Assembly (NCBI GenBank): GCA_963664015.2 | Contig: CAXXLF010000002.1 | Location: 1,344,001 to 1,408,000, forward strand | From: Candidatus Binatia bacterium | Lineage (GTDB): Bacteria; Desulfobacterota; Binatia; UBA9968; CAXXLF01 | Direction of reading: 5' to 3' | Length of the DNA stretch: 64,000 nucleotides | Shown: positions 19,790 through 31,566 of the stretch, one piece after another | Layout of the letters: every line of letters begins with the position of its first letter | Numbering within the stretch: position 1 is the stretch's first letter | Translations under genes and position numbers: made by a program | The notes under the pieces: generated by a model | The model's input: only the letters and a program-made list of their open reading frames with translations | The model's database searches: none | Told to the model about the DNA's origin: nothing

Positions 19790-19840
19790 TTTATCCGCCT
19801 TCGCAGAAAACCACGGGCGTAAGCCCGTAATGGCTTCATT
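19790..19840 (-). repeat. Palindromic MITE/REP-like element, copy 4
   Basis: TTTATCCGCCTTCGCAGAAAACCACGGGCGTAAGCCCGTAATGGCTTCATT, close match to 2177-2227. Confidence 0.8.
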
Positions 19841-19993
19841 GCGTGGTTCACCCAACCGTATCTAATGGTAACACCCCACTGAACTTATCCGTTGTGGCCA
19901 ACCGGTCGACCTTGAAATAACTCCCTAGAATTTCAGAGAAGATTGAATTACTATGAATAGAATGAGAGGCCATACAGCACAAATGACTATGGG

Positions 19994-20047
19994 CTATCCC
20001 CAGTTCGGGTACAGCATGTCCCCAAGGTTATCCACAATTTATACATA
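19994..20047 (+). promoter_or_regulatory. Cluster of DnaA boxes upstream of the DUF507 pair
   Basis: Perfect TTATCCACA (20028), TTATACATA (20039), CTATCCCCA (19994) and ATGTCCCCA (20016), co-oriented. Confidence 0.55.
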
Positions 20048-20050
20048 ATC

Positions 20051-20326
20051 ATGAGAATCAAGCCCGAGCAGATTGACAGATTCATCGACCGCCTTCTTAA
20101 AAACTCCCGCGCTAAGAACCTTATGGACCTCAAGGCGGATGAGGCCACCATAAGGGCAAGAATTCAGCAGATTATAACACAAAATTTTCAAGAGGAGGAA
20201 GCGATAGAGGAGGAAGCCAAAAAGATGCTCAATAGCCTCTCCCGCGAATCCGAATCCATGGATCAACACAAGATGTTATTGCTTATCAAGCAAAGACTTG
20301 CAGCGAAAAAAGGCTTTTCCTTGTGA
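20051..20326 (+). CDS. DUF507 family protein
   Basis: MRIKPEQID...IEEEAKKML...IKQRLAAKKGFSL pattern. Confidence 0.8.
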   Translation: MRIKPEQIDRFIDRLLKNSRAKNLMDLKADEATIRARIQQIITQNFQEEEAIEEEAKKMLNSLSRESESMDQHKMLLLIKQRLAAKKGFSL

Positions 20327-20592
20327 GCGGATTATCCGATGGGCGTATTTCCTATCTCGCCCACCTCATTTTGGATTCCTTGCAGCATGACGGGCTGGCG
20401 GATATCCCTAATACCCTCAATATGTTGAAGAAAACCAAGGAGGCCTTCAAAGAGTTTGACAATGACGAGGACCGCCTCGACCAATTGGTACGCAAGAAGA
20501 TTCACTCCCTATCCCGCCCTATCCCGCCGGGAAGCCGAGAGTGGGATATCCTGTATCGCAAATACCTTGAGGAAGAGTTGAAAAAGCGATAG
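20323..20592 (+). CDS. DUF507 family protein
   Basis: LSDGRISYLAH...VRKKIHSLSRPIPPGSREWDILYRKYLEEE; GTGA overlap with the upstream paralog. Confidence 0.85.
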   Translation: MSGLSDGRISYLAHLILDSLQHDGLADIPNTLNMLKKTKEAFKEFDNDEDRLDQLVRKKIHSLSRPIPPGSREWDILYRKYLEEELKKR

Positions 20593-20662
20593 TTACAGGC
20601 GGCCACAGCCGCTTTAATTCCCCCAATCACTGTTATTCGCCTAAATTATCACCCCGCCCCCC

Positions 20663-20690
20663 TTGACAGGGCAAGCTTTCGGATTAAATT
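20663..20690 (+). promoter_or_regulatory. Sigma70-type promoter for groESL
   Basis: TTGACA-16 nt-TAAATT. Confidence 0.55.
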
Positions 20691-20802
20691 GAACCCGTCT
20701 GGTCGAGCACTCTGCCAGATTAGACCCTCGTAGCAATTATTCCTAGCTTTTTTAGCTAGTTACATAAATTCTGACAATCGGTACAGAAGGAGGATGAATA
20801 CG

Positions 20803-21090
20803 ATGATCAGGCCACTGCAGGATCGAGTGATAGTCAAAAGGATTGAAGAGGAAGAAAAATCCAAGGGCGGGATTATTATCCCGGACACCGCCAAAGAAAA
20901 ACCTCAAGAAGGTCAAGTCATTGCGGTTGGCAAAGGCAAGGTTGGGGATGACGGCAAAGTGACCCCCTTGGACCTCAAGGTCAACGACCGGGTGCTCTTT
21001 GGAAAATACGCTGGGTCAGAGGTCAATATCGACGATGTTGAGCACTTAATCATGCGCGAGGATGATATCCTCGGCGTTATCGAAAAATAA
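20803..21090 (+). CDS. groES: Co-chaperonin GroES
   Basis: [24 protein letters not shown]; AGGAGG RBS. Confidence 0.98.
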   Translation: MIRPLQDRVIVKRIEEEEKSKGGIIIPDTAKEKPQEGQVIAVGKGKVGDDGKVTPLDLKVNDRVLFGKYAGSEVNIDDVEHLIMREDDILGVIEK

Positions 21091-21109
21091 TTTCAGTTAA
21101 TTAAGCTAA

Positions 21110-22765
<1,656 letters not shown>

Positions 22766-22782
22766 CCCCCAAAACAATAGAA

Positions 22783-22831
22783 CCCGGCTTACCTGACTCC
22801 CGGTTTAACACCGGTTGGCGGGTAGGCCGGG
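22783..22831 (+). terminator. Long GC-rich hairpin after groEL (terminator or mRNA stabiliser)
   Basis: CCCGGCTTACCTG...CCGGT TTAAC ACCGG...CGGGTAGGCCGGG; no U-tract. Confidence 0.5.
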
Positions 22832-22845
22832 ATCCTCTCCCCACC

Positions 22846-22874
22846 TTGACAAAGAGCCTATTTCGTATTACCCT
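22846..22874 (+). promoter_or_regulatory. Sigma70-type promoter for the ffh operon
   Basis: TTGACA-17 nt-TACCCT. Confidence 0.6.
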
Positions 22875-22925
22875 CCACCTAGAATTTTTCCCTGAAAAGA
22901 TAACAAGTTACCTGCGATCCGGACC

Positions 22926-24269
22926 ATGTTTGAGAACCTGACCGACAAATTGGAACTGACCTTTAAAAGACTTAGGGGTCAGGGAAAGATCACCGAAAAG
23001 AACATCGAAGAAAGCCTCCGAGACGTCCGATTGGCGCTCCTTGAGGCCGATGTCAATTTTAAGGTTGTTAAAGACTTCATAGATTCGATTAAAGAAAAAG
23101 CCCTGGGCCAAGAAGTTCTCCTAAGCCTGACACCTGACCAGCAGCTCATCAAGATTGTCCAACAGGAACTGATCGCACTACTTGGAGGGGAACGCGAGGA
23201 ACTGAACCTTAAAGGGCCCCCACCCCAGATCGTACTATTGGTCGGGTTGCAGGGCTCTGGAAAAACGACGACTCTGGCCAAGCTCGCAGCTCATCTAAAA
23301 CAAGATAAAAACAGGACTCCATACCTCGTCCCCGCAGACATATACCGTCCCGCAGCGGCCGAGCAGCTCAAGATCCTAGCCGAGGAAGCCGGTGTGCCTA
23401 TCTATCAGCCCAGGCCCGACACCCCGGCGCTGGTTATCTGCAAAGAGGCCCTGAAGGAAGCCAAAAACCAGTTCTGTGACCTGGTGCTGGTCGACACGGC
23501 GGGAAGACTTCATATTGATACGGACCTCATGGAGGAACTTCGGACCCTTCAGTCTGAGCTGCAACCACACCATATCCTGCTGGTCGCAGACGCCATGACT
23601 GGTCAGGATGCCGTCAACCAGGCCAAGAGCTTCAATGAGGCCCTCAATCTCACCGGTATCATCCTTACGAAAATGGACGGTGACGCGCGGGGGGGGGCAG
23701 CCCTTTCCATGCGCCAGGTCGTAGGTAAGCCCATCCTCTTCGCCGGCGTGGGTGAGAAGTTAAACGCCCTTGAGCCCTTTACCCCCGATCGGCTCGCTTC
23801 GAGAATCCTGGGTATGGGAGACGTCCTGACCCTGATCGAAAAGGCCGAACAAGCCAATGAAGATAAAGTTACACTGGACTTGGAAAAGCGGGCCAAAAAG
23901 GGAGCCTTTTCTCTGGAAGATTTTCAAACCCAATTAAAGATGATGAAAAAAATGGGCTCCGTTGGCGACCTCATGGACATGATCCCGGGGGCCCGCAAAC
24001 TGACCCAGAAAGTCGATTTGTCCCAAGCAGAGAACGAGATCAAACGGGTCGAGGCCATCATCAATTCCATGACCCAAGAGGAACGACACAATTCCAACCT
24101 GTTGAACGGCAGTCGCAGGCGCCGTATTGCCAGCGGCAGCGGCACGACCGTAACGGACGTAAATCGGCTGATGAAACAGTTTCTTCAGATGAAAAAAATG
24201 ATACAGAAGATGAGTAAGATGGGCGCTAGAGCGGCCATGGGTCGCCTGCCCTTTTCATTCGAATCCTAG
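22926..24269 (+). CDS. ffh: Signal recognition particle protein
   Basis: [32 protein letters not shown]. Confidence 0.98.
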   Translation: MFENLTDKLELTFKRLRGQGKITEKNIEESLRDVRLALLEADVNFKVVKDFIDSIKEKALGQEVLLSLTPDQQLIKIVQQELIALLGGEREELNLKGPPPQIVLLVGLQGSGKTTTLAKLAAHLKQDKNRTPYLVPADIYRPAAAEQLKILAEEAGVPIYQPRPDTPALVICKEALKEAKNQFCDLVLVDTAGRLHIDTDLMEELRTLQSELQPHHILLVADAMTGQDAVNQAKSFNEALNLTGIILTKMDGDARGGAALSMRQVVGKPILFAGVGEKLNALEPFTPDRLASRILGMGDVLTLIEKAEQANEDKVTLDLEKRAKKGAFSLEDFQTQLKMMKKMGSVGDLMDMIPGARKLTQKVDLSQAENEIKRVEAIINSMTQEERHNSNLLNGSRRRRIASGSGTTVTDVNRLMKQFLQMKKMIQKMSKMGARAAMGRLPFSFES

Positions 24270-24286
24270 AACGAGGGGAGCAACTT

Positions 24287-24556
24287 ATGAGTGTGCGCAT
24301 TCGGCTAAGCAGGCATGGAACAAAGAAAAAACCATTCTACCGTATTGTTGTGGCGGATTCCCACTCGCCTCGTGATGGCAGATTTATCGAACAAGTGGGA
24401 ACCTACGATCCCAGGGCCCAGTCCGGTGGTCTCAAGATCGATAGCCAGACCATTGGAAAGTGGGTTAAAAATGGGGCCCAACCGTCTCTAACCGTCTCCC
24501 AGTTACTCAAGCAGGCGGCAAGCCAACCGACCCCGCCGGCCAATGCCCCAGCCTGA
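24287..24556 (+). CDS. rpsP: 30S ribosomal protein S16
   Basis: [32 protein letters not shown]. Confidence 0.98.
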   Translation: MSVRIRLSRHGTKKKPFYRIVVADSHSPRDGRFIEQVGTYDPRAQSGGLKIDSQTIGKWVKNGAQPSLTVSQLLKQAASQPTPPANAPA

Positions 24557-24615
24557 AGGAGACAACCAGAGCTTGCTTTCCGGTTTAATTCTGCCGACAG
24601 GAGGGAATCCCAGTC

Positions 24616-24852
24616 ATGAAGGAGCTGATTCAATATCTGGCAAAATCCCTAGTAGACAACCCAGACGCCGTCGAGGTCAGCGAAACTGAAGGAGACGCCG
24701 CTTCGGTCCTGGAATTGAGAGTGGCAAAAGAAGACCTCGGCCGCATTATCGGAAAACAAGGAAGAACGGTAAAATACATTCGAACGATTCTCAACGCCGC
24801 AGCCTCCCGGGTCAACCGCAAGGTTGTCCTCGAGATCGTAGAAGACAGATAG
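24616..24852 (+). CDS. khpA: KH domain RNA-binding protein KhpA
   Basis: LVDNPDAV, DLGRIIGKQGRT; canonical position between rpsP and rimM. Confidence 0.93.
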   Translation: MKELIQYLAKSLVDNPDAVEVSETEGDAASVLELRVAKEDLGRIIGKQGRTVKYIRTILNAAASRVNRKVVLEIVEDR

Positions 24853-24869
24853 CTCGGTACAGTTCAAAG

Positions 24870-25382
24870 GTGTCTGACCCACTCATTCCTTTGGGTGAAT
24901 TCGTCGCCCCGCATGGTATCGACGGTTGGCTCAAGCTAAGACTATACAACCTCGAAAGCACTATCCTCGATTCAGCCGGACCGATCGTTCTTGAAAAGGG
25001 CGGGGTCCTATCTACTTTTGTTTTCGAGAGGAAAAAAGCCCACAAAGGACACCTCCTGGTTAAGCTTCAAGGCGTCGACGGCATCAACGATGCGCAAGGT
25101 CCTGTCGGCTCCACCCTGATGGTCGCCGAGCAAGCACTCCAACCCCCCGAGGAGGGGGAATACTATTACTATCAGGCCGTCGGTCTTGATGTCTTCGACA
25201 CGCAGGGCGTTTGGATCGGCAAGGTCACCCGTATCTGGTTCAAGGAGGGAGGCGACCTCTACGTGGTGTCGGGGGACTCCAAGGAATTCCTGATCCCCGC
25301 GGTCAAAGACGTCATTGAAAAGATCGATCTCTTGCAAAAGAAAATGATCATTAATCCCCCCGATGGCCTGCTGGAGATCTAA
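24870..25382 (+). CDS. rimM: 16S rRNA processing factor RimM
   Basis: PHGIDG, EGEYYY, LIPAV; synteny. Confidence 0.95.
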   Translation: MSDPLIPLGEFVAPHGIDGWLKLRLYNLESTILDSAGPIVLEKGGVLSTFVFERKKAHKGHLLVKLQGVDGINDAQGPVGSTLMVAEQALQPPEEGEYYYYQAVGLDVFDTQGVWIGKVTRIWFKEGGDLYVVSGDSKEFLIPAVKDVIEKIDLLQKKMIINPPDGLLEI

Positions 25383-25471
25383 ACTTGATCATACGGGACC
25401 GGTCAATCTTGAATTCATGGATCAATTCATTCTGATCCCAAGGAACCGATTGTCTGACGCTGGGAAGAACC

Positions 25472-26752
25472 ATGGTTAATTTTACCGTTATTACCATATT
25501 CCCACCCATGTTATCCTCACCCCTTGAGCACAGCATACTCAAAAAAGCTCAGGAAAAGGGTTTGATCTCGGTTTGCTTGGTTGACCTTAGGGACTACTGC
25601 ACCGATCCTCACCGCGTCACCGACGACTCTCCCTATGGAGGCGGCCAAGGCATGGTGATGAAACCCGAGCCCCTGATCGCCGCTATCGATGATGCCAGAT
25701 CCAAGCTCAAGCAACCCCGGGTAATTTTACTGACGCCCCGAGGCCGGGTCTTCAATCAGGCGGAAGCCCAGAAACTGGCCCAGGAACAAGACCTGGTATT
25801 TATCTGCGGCCGCTACGAAGGGGTGGATGAGAGAGTCAAGGCCTTTGTCGATGACGAAGTTTCCGTAGGTGATTACACGCTGAGCGGAGGTGAAATCCCC
25901 GCCATGGTTCTGATCGATGCAGTGACCCGACTGATCCCCGGCGTATTGGGAAACGAGCTGTCGGCCCTGGACGAGTCCTTCACTGACGGGCTGCTGGAAT
26001 ATCCTCAGTACACCCGACCGGACGATTTTCGAGGTCTTGGCGTCCCGAAGGTTCTCCTTTCCGGGGACCACAACCGAATCAAGCAGTGGCGTCGGGAGAT
26101 GAGTCTCAAACTGACCCGCGAGCGGCGACCGGATCTCTTCAAACGAATTAAACTCACGGCACCGGAACGACGGGCAACCCCCATCCACGCCCCTCTCTAC
26201 GTAGCCCTGTTGCACCATCCCGTAGTCGACAAAAACCAACAGGTCGTCACTTCGGCAATCACCAACATGGATATTCATGACATCGCCCGATCCGCGCGCA
26301 CTTACGGCGTTCAAGGATTCTACGTCGTTAATCCGATCAAGGCCCTGCACAAACTGGCAGCTAAGATAACCGAGCACTGGCTGCATGGCTACGGGAGTAC
26401 CTATAACGAGACCAGAAAGGAGGCCCTTTCCCTGGTCCGATTGACCGACACGCTGGACCAGGCGATAATGGCCGTGGAACGGGAATGCGGTTCCCGCCCC
26501 AATCTCGTTGCCACTTCGGCGCGTCCCCTCGAAGGCGTCCAGAGGACCTCTTTTCCTGCCCTGCGGGATATGCTAGAAAGAACGTCCGAACCCTTTTTAC
26601 TCCTACTGGGAACGGGCTGGGGGCTGGCCGAATCGGTCTTGAACCAATCGGACTACCTCTTGCAACCTGTGGAGGGTAATGGGGATTACAACCATCTCTC
26701 CGTACGGTCGGCAGCGGCCATTATGCTCCATGAGCTCTTAGGGACCGATTGA
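25472..26752 (+). CDS. trmD: tRNA (guanine37-N1) methyltransferase fused to a C-terminal Tm1570/DUF2168 SPOUT domain
   Basis: TrmD motifs ([26 protein letters not shown]) then [41 protein letters not shown]. Confidence 0.93.
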   Translation: MVNFTVITIFPPMLSSPLEHSILKKAQEKGLISVCLVDLRDYCTDPHRVTDDSPYGGGQGMVMKPEPLIAAIDDARSKLKQPRVILLTPRGRVFNQAEAQKLAQEQDLVFICGRYEGVDERVKAFVDDEVSVGDYTLSGGEIPAMVLIDAVTRLIPGVLGNELSALDESFTDGLLEYPQYTRPDDFRGLGVPKVLLSGDHNRIKQWRREMSLKLTRERRPDLFKRIKLTAPERRATPIHAPLYVALLHHPVVDKNQQVVTSAITNMDIHDIARSARTYGVQGFYVVNPIKALHKLAAKITEHWLHGYGSTYNETRKEALSLVRLTDTLDQAIMAVERECGSRPNLVATSARPLEGVQRTSFPALRDMLERTSEPFLLLLGTGWGLAESVLNQSDYLLQPVEGNGDYNHLSVRSAAAIMLHELLGTD

Positions 26753-26769
26753 GAAATAGGAACGTCTTT

Positions 26770-27120
26770 ATGAATTTGCTGGATCAAATCGAAACCGAAC
26801 AGAAAAAAGAGGTCCCTTCCCTAAAGGCGGGTCAAACCGTACGTGTCCATGTGAAAGTTGTCGAAGGAGAAAAAGAGCGGACTCAGGTCTTCGAAGGGGT
26901 GACCATCGGGATATCCGGAAAGGGTAGCCGTCGAACCTTTACCGTACGAAAGATCTCCTACGGCGTCGGTGTCGAACGGATATTCCCTCTGTATTCGCCA
27001 CGTATCGAAAAGATAGAGGTCGTCTCTGGCGGAAAGGTCAGACGGGCCAAGCTCTATTACTTGAGGGAGCTTTCGGGAAAGCGGGCGCGGCTCTACGAAG
27101 ATAAGCGTCAACGTTCCTAA
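26770..27120 (+). CDS. rplS: 50S ribosomal protein L19
   Basis: [35 protein letters not shown]. Confidence 0.98.
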   Translation: MNLLDQIETEQKKEVPSLKAGQTVRVHVKVVEGEKERTQVFEGVTIGISGKGSRRTFTVRKISYGVGVERIFPLYSPRIEKIEVVSGGKVRRAKLYYLRELSGKRARLYEDKRQRS

Positions 27121-27231
27121 CGAAAGTCGACCTGTTCTTCATTCCCCTTCTTTCAACGACTTCTGAACCCGTCCTACCCACCCTGCTCGAATCCCAACCA
27201 GGACCAGCGGGGACGCTCAATTTAATAGGAA

Positions 27232-28554
27232 ATGGAATTATTCGAATCTTCCTCCAAGCCGGACCCCAGTGTCCATACGCCGCTGGCGGAGCGGCTTCGA
27301 CCTACGACCCTTGCGGAGTTTGTGGGCCAAGCCCACCTTCTGGCACCGGGGAAACTGCTTGCTGAAATGATCCGGTCGGGGCGGCTTCAATCCCTCATCC
27401 TGTGGGGCCCCCCAGGTTCTGGCAAGACAACCTTGGCCCGGCTCATCGCCGTCGCCCACAAGGCCCACTCGGTCCACTTCTCTGCCGTGACCTCCGGGGT
27501 TAAGGAGCTCAAAAATATCATTGATGACGCCGAGCGATTAAACCGCCTGGGCCAGGCCACGGTACTGTTCGTGGACGAGATCCACCACTTTAATAAGACC
27601 CAACAAAACATCTTCCTCCCCCACGTGGAACGAGGGACCATCACTCTCATCGGGGCGACTATTGAGAACCCGTCATTTGAATTGATTGCGCCGCTGCTCT
27701 CCCGTTCCCAGGTACTACTCCTGCATCCCCTATCACCCGATGAGCTAAAGCAAATCATCGACCGCGCCCTACACGACCACCCGAGGGGTCTAGGCCAATA
27801 TGGGATGGAGATTACCCCCGACGGCCTGGAGTATCTGATCCAGGGGTCCCACGGAGATGCCCGCACAGCTCTGAGCGCGCTAGAGAACGCCTCTGCGATG
27901 GCACGCCAACACGAGAGCAAAGAGATTGACCTGCCCACTCTCCAGGAGGCCCTCCAGCGAAAACCCCTTTCCTATGACAAGTCCGGTGACGAGCACTACA
28001 ACGTCATCTCGGCCTTCATTAAAAGCTTGCGGGGCAGCGACCCGGATGCCGCACTGTACTGGTTAATGCGTATGCTCGGGGCGGGCGAGGACCCGCTCTT
28101 TATCCTCCGCCGAATGATCATATTTGCCGCGGAGGATATCGGCAATGCGGACCCCCAGGCGCTCCAGGTTGCCGTGGCCGTTAAAGAGGCCTTTCATTTC
28201 GTGGGACTCCCTGAAGGAAAGATCCCCCTTGCCCAGGCCGTCACCTACTTGGCCACCGCACCCAAATCCAACGCCTCATACAGAGCCATGATCGAGGCGG
28301 AGCACGATGTTTCAGATAAGGGCGCGCTGCCCGTCCCCCTTCACCTGCGCAATGCCCCCACGCCCCTGATGGAGCAACTGGGCTACGGCAAGGGATACCG
28401 TTACGCCCGTGACTTCCCGGAACATGTAGTCAGCCAGGAGCACCTGCCGGAAGGATTGGTCGGAAGAATATACTACCACCCTACGGATTTCGGTTTCGAG
28501 AAGACCATCCGTGAAAGGATCAAAAGCTGGGAGGAAGCAAAGAAAGGAGAATAG
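27232..28554 (+). CDS. rarA: Replication-associated recombination protein A
   Basis: PLAERLRP, WGPPGSGKTT, FVDEIH, SAFIKSLRGSD, EDIGNADP. Confidence 0.96.
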   Translation: MELFESSSKPDPSVHTPLAERLRPTTLAEFVGQAHLLAPGKLLAEMIRSGRLQSLILWGPPGSGKTTLARLIAVAHKAHSVHFSAVTSGVKELKNIIDDAERLNRLGQATVLFVDEIHHFNKTQQNIFLPHVERGTITLIGATIENPSFELIAPLLSRSQVLLLHPLSPDELKQIIDRALHDHPRGLGQYGMEITPDGLEYLIQGSHGDARTALSALENASAMARQHESKEIDLPTLQEALQRKPLSYDKSGDEHYNVISAFIKSLRGSDPDAALYWLMRMLGAGEDPLFILRRMIIFAAEDIGNADPQALQVAVAVKEAFHFVGLPEGKIPLAQAVTYLATAPKSNASYRAMIEAEHDVSDKGALPVPLHLRNAPTPLMEQLGYGKGYRYARDFPEHVVSQEHLPEGLVGRIYYHPTDFGFEKTIRERIKSWEEAKKGE

Positions 28555-28619
28555 AGACCTCCTTACATAGCTTGGCCTCCACATAATCGAAGATCCTTTC
28601 TTGCCCGGACACTCCATCC

Positions 28620-29876
28620 ATGTTTTTTATCCAAACCTTCCGCGCTTTTCGCCATCGGGACTATTTTATATTTTGGAACGGATTGTTTTTCGGCCACCTT
28701 GGCTCCCTAATCCAGACGACCGCCGCTGGATGGTTGATCCTCATGCTCACGGACTCTCCCTTTTACCTCGGACTCAACGGGCTATGTCTGGGATTACCAC
28801 GAGTGATCTTCTCACCTTTAGGCGGAGCCGTTGTCGATCGGCTGGACCGGCGGTTGCTCTTTTATCTCACCCAAAGCCTGTTTCTTCTTATGTCCCTCTT
28901 CCTTGCCCTGATGAATTACTCGGGCTTGATCCAGGTTTGGCACGTGTTGATGGTTTCAGCCCTGACGGGGTTTATATTGTCCTTCGAACAGCCCATAAGG
29001 CAGTCGCTCCTGCATCACCTGGTGCCCCAGGCAGACCTAATTAATGCAGTTAGCCTTTACAATCTCATCTTTAACGGAGCGCCTCTGATCGGGCCGGCTA
29101 TCGCCGGTGCGCTGATCCCGATCATCGGCACCGCCGGCTGTTTTTTCTTTCACTCGGCGGGGAGCGCCATCGTCCTCATCACCATTGGTTTGATTCGGAT
29201 TCCTAAAACAGTCGCACCAAAACAGAAGAAATCTCTGGGCCGAGATATGACCGAGGGACTAGCCATCGCTTGGAACACACCCATTTTTTTCTCCCTCTTT
29301 ACAGCCCTGGCAATAATCAGTTTTTTCACCAAGCCGTACAACCAGTTCATGCCGGTTTTTGCCCGGGACATCCTCCTGGTCGGAGCCCCCGGCCTCGGTC
29401 TCCTCCTGATGGCCCCTGGAGCAGGTGCCATTGTGGGTGGACTGGTTCTCGCCTCCGCAAGGCATTTTCCAAAAACCTACCGTCTGATGTTTGCCCTGAT
29501 GGGTGGTTTTGGATTCGCCCTGATCCTCTTTTCGAGTTCACGTTCATTTTCACTGTCGCTTGTTTTTCTATTCCTTGCGGGCGTATTCCAGTCAACGTTG
29601 CTGACAGTCATCACTACCACCTTGCAGCTCTATTCGACGGACCGTACCCGAGGACGGATCATGTCGCTTTACGGACTATTTAATCGTGGGTTGGGGCCTA
29701 TGGGGGCCTTTCCCATGGGGATTTTCGCCACCTGGTTCGGGGCACCCGTCACCATTGCCATGGGAGCCGTGGTGGGAATGGGCATCACCGTGTACATCAC
29801 TCTTTGGAGTCCCCACCTACGCAGGGCAGGATCGCTGGCGGAACCGTCAGGGATTAGGAAGGAGAGTCCGAATTAA
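28620..29876 (+). CDS. MFS transporter (MFS_3/H+ antiporter-like)
   Basis: About 12 hydrophobic segments, GAVVDRLDRR motif A, RGRIMSLY. Confidence 0.92.
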   Translation: MFFIQTFRAFRHRDYFIFWNGLFFGHLGSLIQTTAAGWLILMLTDSPFYLGLNGLCLGLPRVIFSPLGGAVVDRLDRRLLFYLTQSLFLLMSLFLALMNYSGLIQVWHVLMVSALTGFILSFEQPIRQSLLHHLVPQADLINAVSLYNLIFNGAPLIGPAIAGALIPIIGTAGCFFFHSAGSAIVLITIGLIRIPKTVAPKQKKSLGRDMTEGLAIAWNTPIFFSLFTALAIISFFTKPYNQFMPVFARDILLVGAPGLGLLLMAPGAGAIVGGLVLASARHFPKTYRLMFALMGGFGFALILFSSSRSFSLSLVFLFLAGVFQSTLLTVITTTLQLYSTDRTRGRIMSLYGLFNRGLGPMGAFPMGIFATWFGAPVTIAMGAVVGMGITVYITLWSPHLRRAGSLAEPSGIRKESPN

Positions 29877-31542
29877 ACCGTTCGGTCGGGAATCCGGCGT
29901 TTTCGCCCTCCGGCAGGACCACCAGGATAAATGTCTGCTCCGTCTTCATCCCACCGCTCGTGATATGCATTGTGATGCGATGGCGGCCGATAGGCGTAGA
30001 GGACGTGGTCTGGAGGGTAAAGGGGAGCGACACCCGACTGTTCTGGGCCCCCAGGGTCGCAGAGAGCCTTCCAAAGGTCCATAGAACTCCAGGTACCGAA
30101 TTGGGCGTTATGAATTTGACCTCCCCTTCAAAGTTGAAATGCCTGTTCAAGATAACGGTAAAGGTCACCTCGGAACCTCGCCCCACGGCTTTCCCGGCCT
30201 CCGAGAGCTTGGCGCTATAGCACTGGCTGGCAGGGTCCTTCGGGTCGGAGCCCCAGCGGATCTCCTCCTGATTGGGGCAGTTGTCACCGTCATCATCACC
30301 CAAGCCAACCGGCTGAACCGTAATCGATTCGTGGCCCCAGGCACACCGACCCGCATTGTCTTCCAGTTAGGCGTTGTTGTTGATCAGGAACGCCCCCGAC
30401 GTGCTCGCGAAATCAGCCCGTGCGACCAGCTTCCTACTTCCGCTCGCCCCCGGTTCCATGTCGCCCAGCTTCCAGGCGATGACGTTACCAAACTCGGAGC
30501 CACCGTCACTGGCTGGCACGAAGACCATTCCAGCAGGCAGCACGTCTTTCAAGGTTACCCCCTTCATGGTCTGATCCGGGCTATTGTTGGTATAAGTCAA
30601 TATGTAAGTGATACGTCCACCGATCAAGACCGGGTTGGGATTGTGGGTCGCCATGAGGGACATGACCGACTCACACCTTCCGCCGGCTCCACTACCGCCC
30701 TTTCTCGCCGTTCCGACATCGTTTACGGCCGGCGCAAATTCCGGATACTTAGACGAGCCGCCAGTCGAGGCAGAGGGCAGTTGTTCACGGGTAATCTCAA
30801 TCTTATTTTCCGTAATAATGATATGCTCCACCCCTCCTTCGGTCTTGATGATGGTCTCACCCGGGGCTGTGCGAGCGACCTCTGGATCAAGAGCCGTATC
30901 CCCACCACCCGCAACCGGCCCATTCTGGGCTCCGGTATCGGTAGTGGCATCACTCGTGGCCGCCGGTGTCGTCGTTCCAGCTACTTCCTCAGTTTGCGGA
31001 GCTTCACCCTCTGGTGTTGGAACTATTTCTCCTACAGAAGTCTTCGGTTCGTCACCGCCGGAGACCGGACCCGACTGACCGGTTTGGGTCGTCGTCGGCC
31101 TACCCAACTCGAAGGCCTGTTCAATGCTCGTGCCCGTTGAACCCGTGTTGTAAGATGACGGGAAGGTCACGCCGTAGGTCTGGGACCCCACGCTGTTGGA
31201 AGATTGATCGCCCCCAGGTATCCCCACAATGGTCGCATAGCTGGAGTTGGAGCTATTTCCCTCCGCATCGTATATGTTGGCATTGTTAACCAGTTGGTTT
31301 CCCGTTTGTGCAGAGGAGGCGACCTGCACCAGCAAGGTGCGGATCCCTTTGGAACCCGGTGCCAGTGTACCCAGAGATCACATCACCACGTTATCCGTGT
31401 CGTTCACGGTACCACCGTCGCTGGCCGAGATAAAAAGCGTATTGGTGAGCATCACCTGAGATGCATTCCCGGTCGCGTTGCTGGAATGAGCGAAGTTCAG
31501 AGAAATCGTGAACTGGTCTCCGAGAGTAAAATAGTCTTCCAT
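29854..31542 (-). pseudogene. Disrupted DUF11-domain surface protein with a TSP3-like Ca-binding motif
   Basis: One frame broken by TGA (31378-31380, at the Trp position of a DUF11 repeat) and TAA (30367-30369); intact repeat ITYILTYTN...LKDVLPAGMVFVPASDGG...WKLGDMEPG; DDDGDNCPNQEEIRWGSDP. Confidence 0.75.
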
Positions 31543-31566
31543 CTTCTGCCTTTTTCTCGTGTCTTT

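Noticed and set aside
19860-20050. oriC at the DnaA-box cluster and strand switch
   Set aside because: No dnaA/dnaN/gidA nearby, no clear DnaA-trios, and the ribosomal superoperon to the right would be on the lagging strand; kept only as a regulatory-site finding.
30139-31140. 333-aa plus-strand ORF and the many other antisense ORFs in the track (e.g. 36708-37625, 39671-40435)
   Set aside because: Shadow ORFs opposite well-supported genes in GC-rich DNA, with no recognisable motifs.
31378-31380. TGA at a Trp position suggesting genetic-code reassignment
   Set aside because: Many core genes (trpE, rpsP, rpmJ, rpoC, rpsD) end with TGA at the expected position, and the same ORF also has a TAA.
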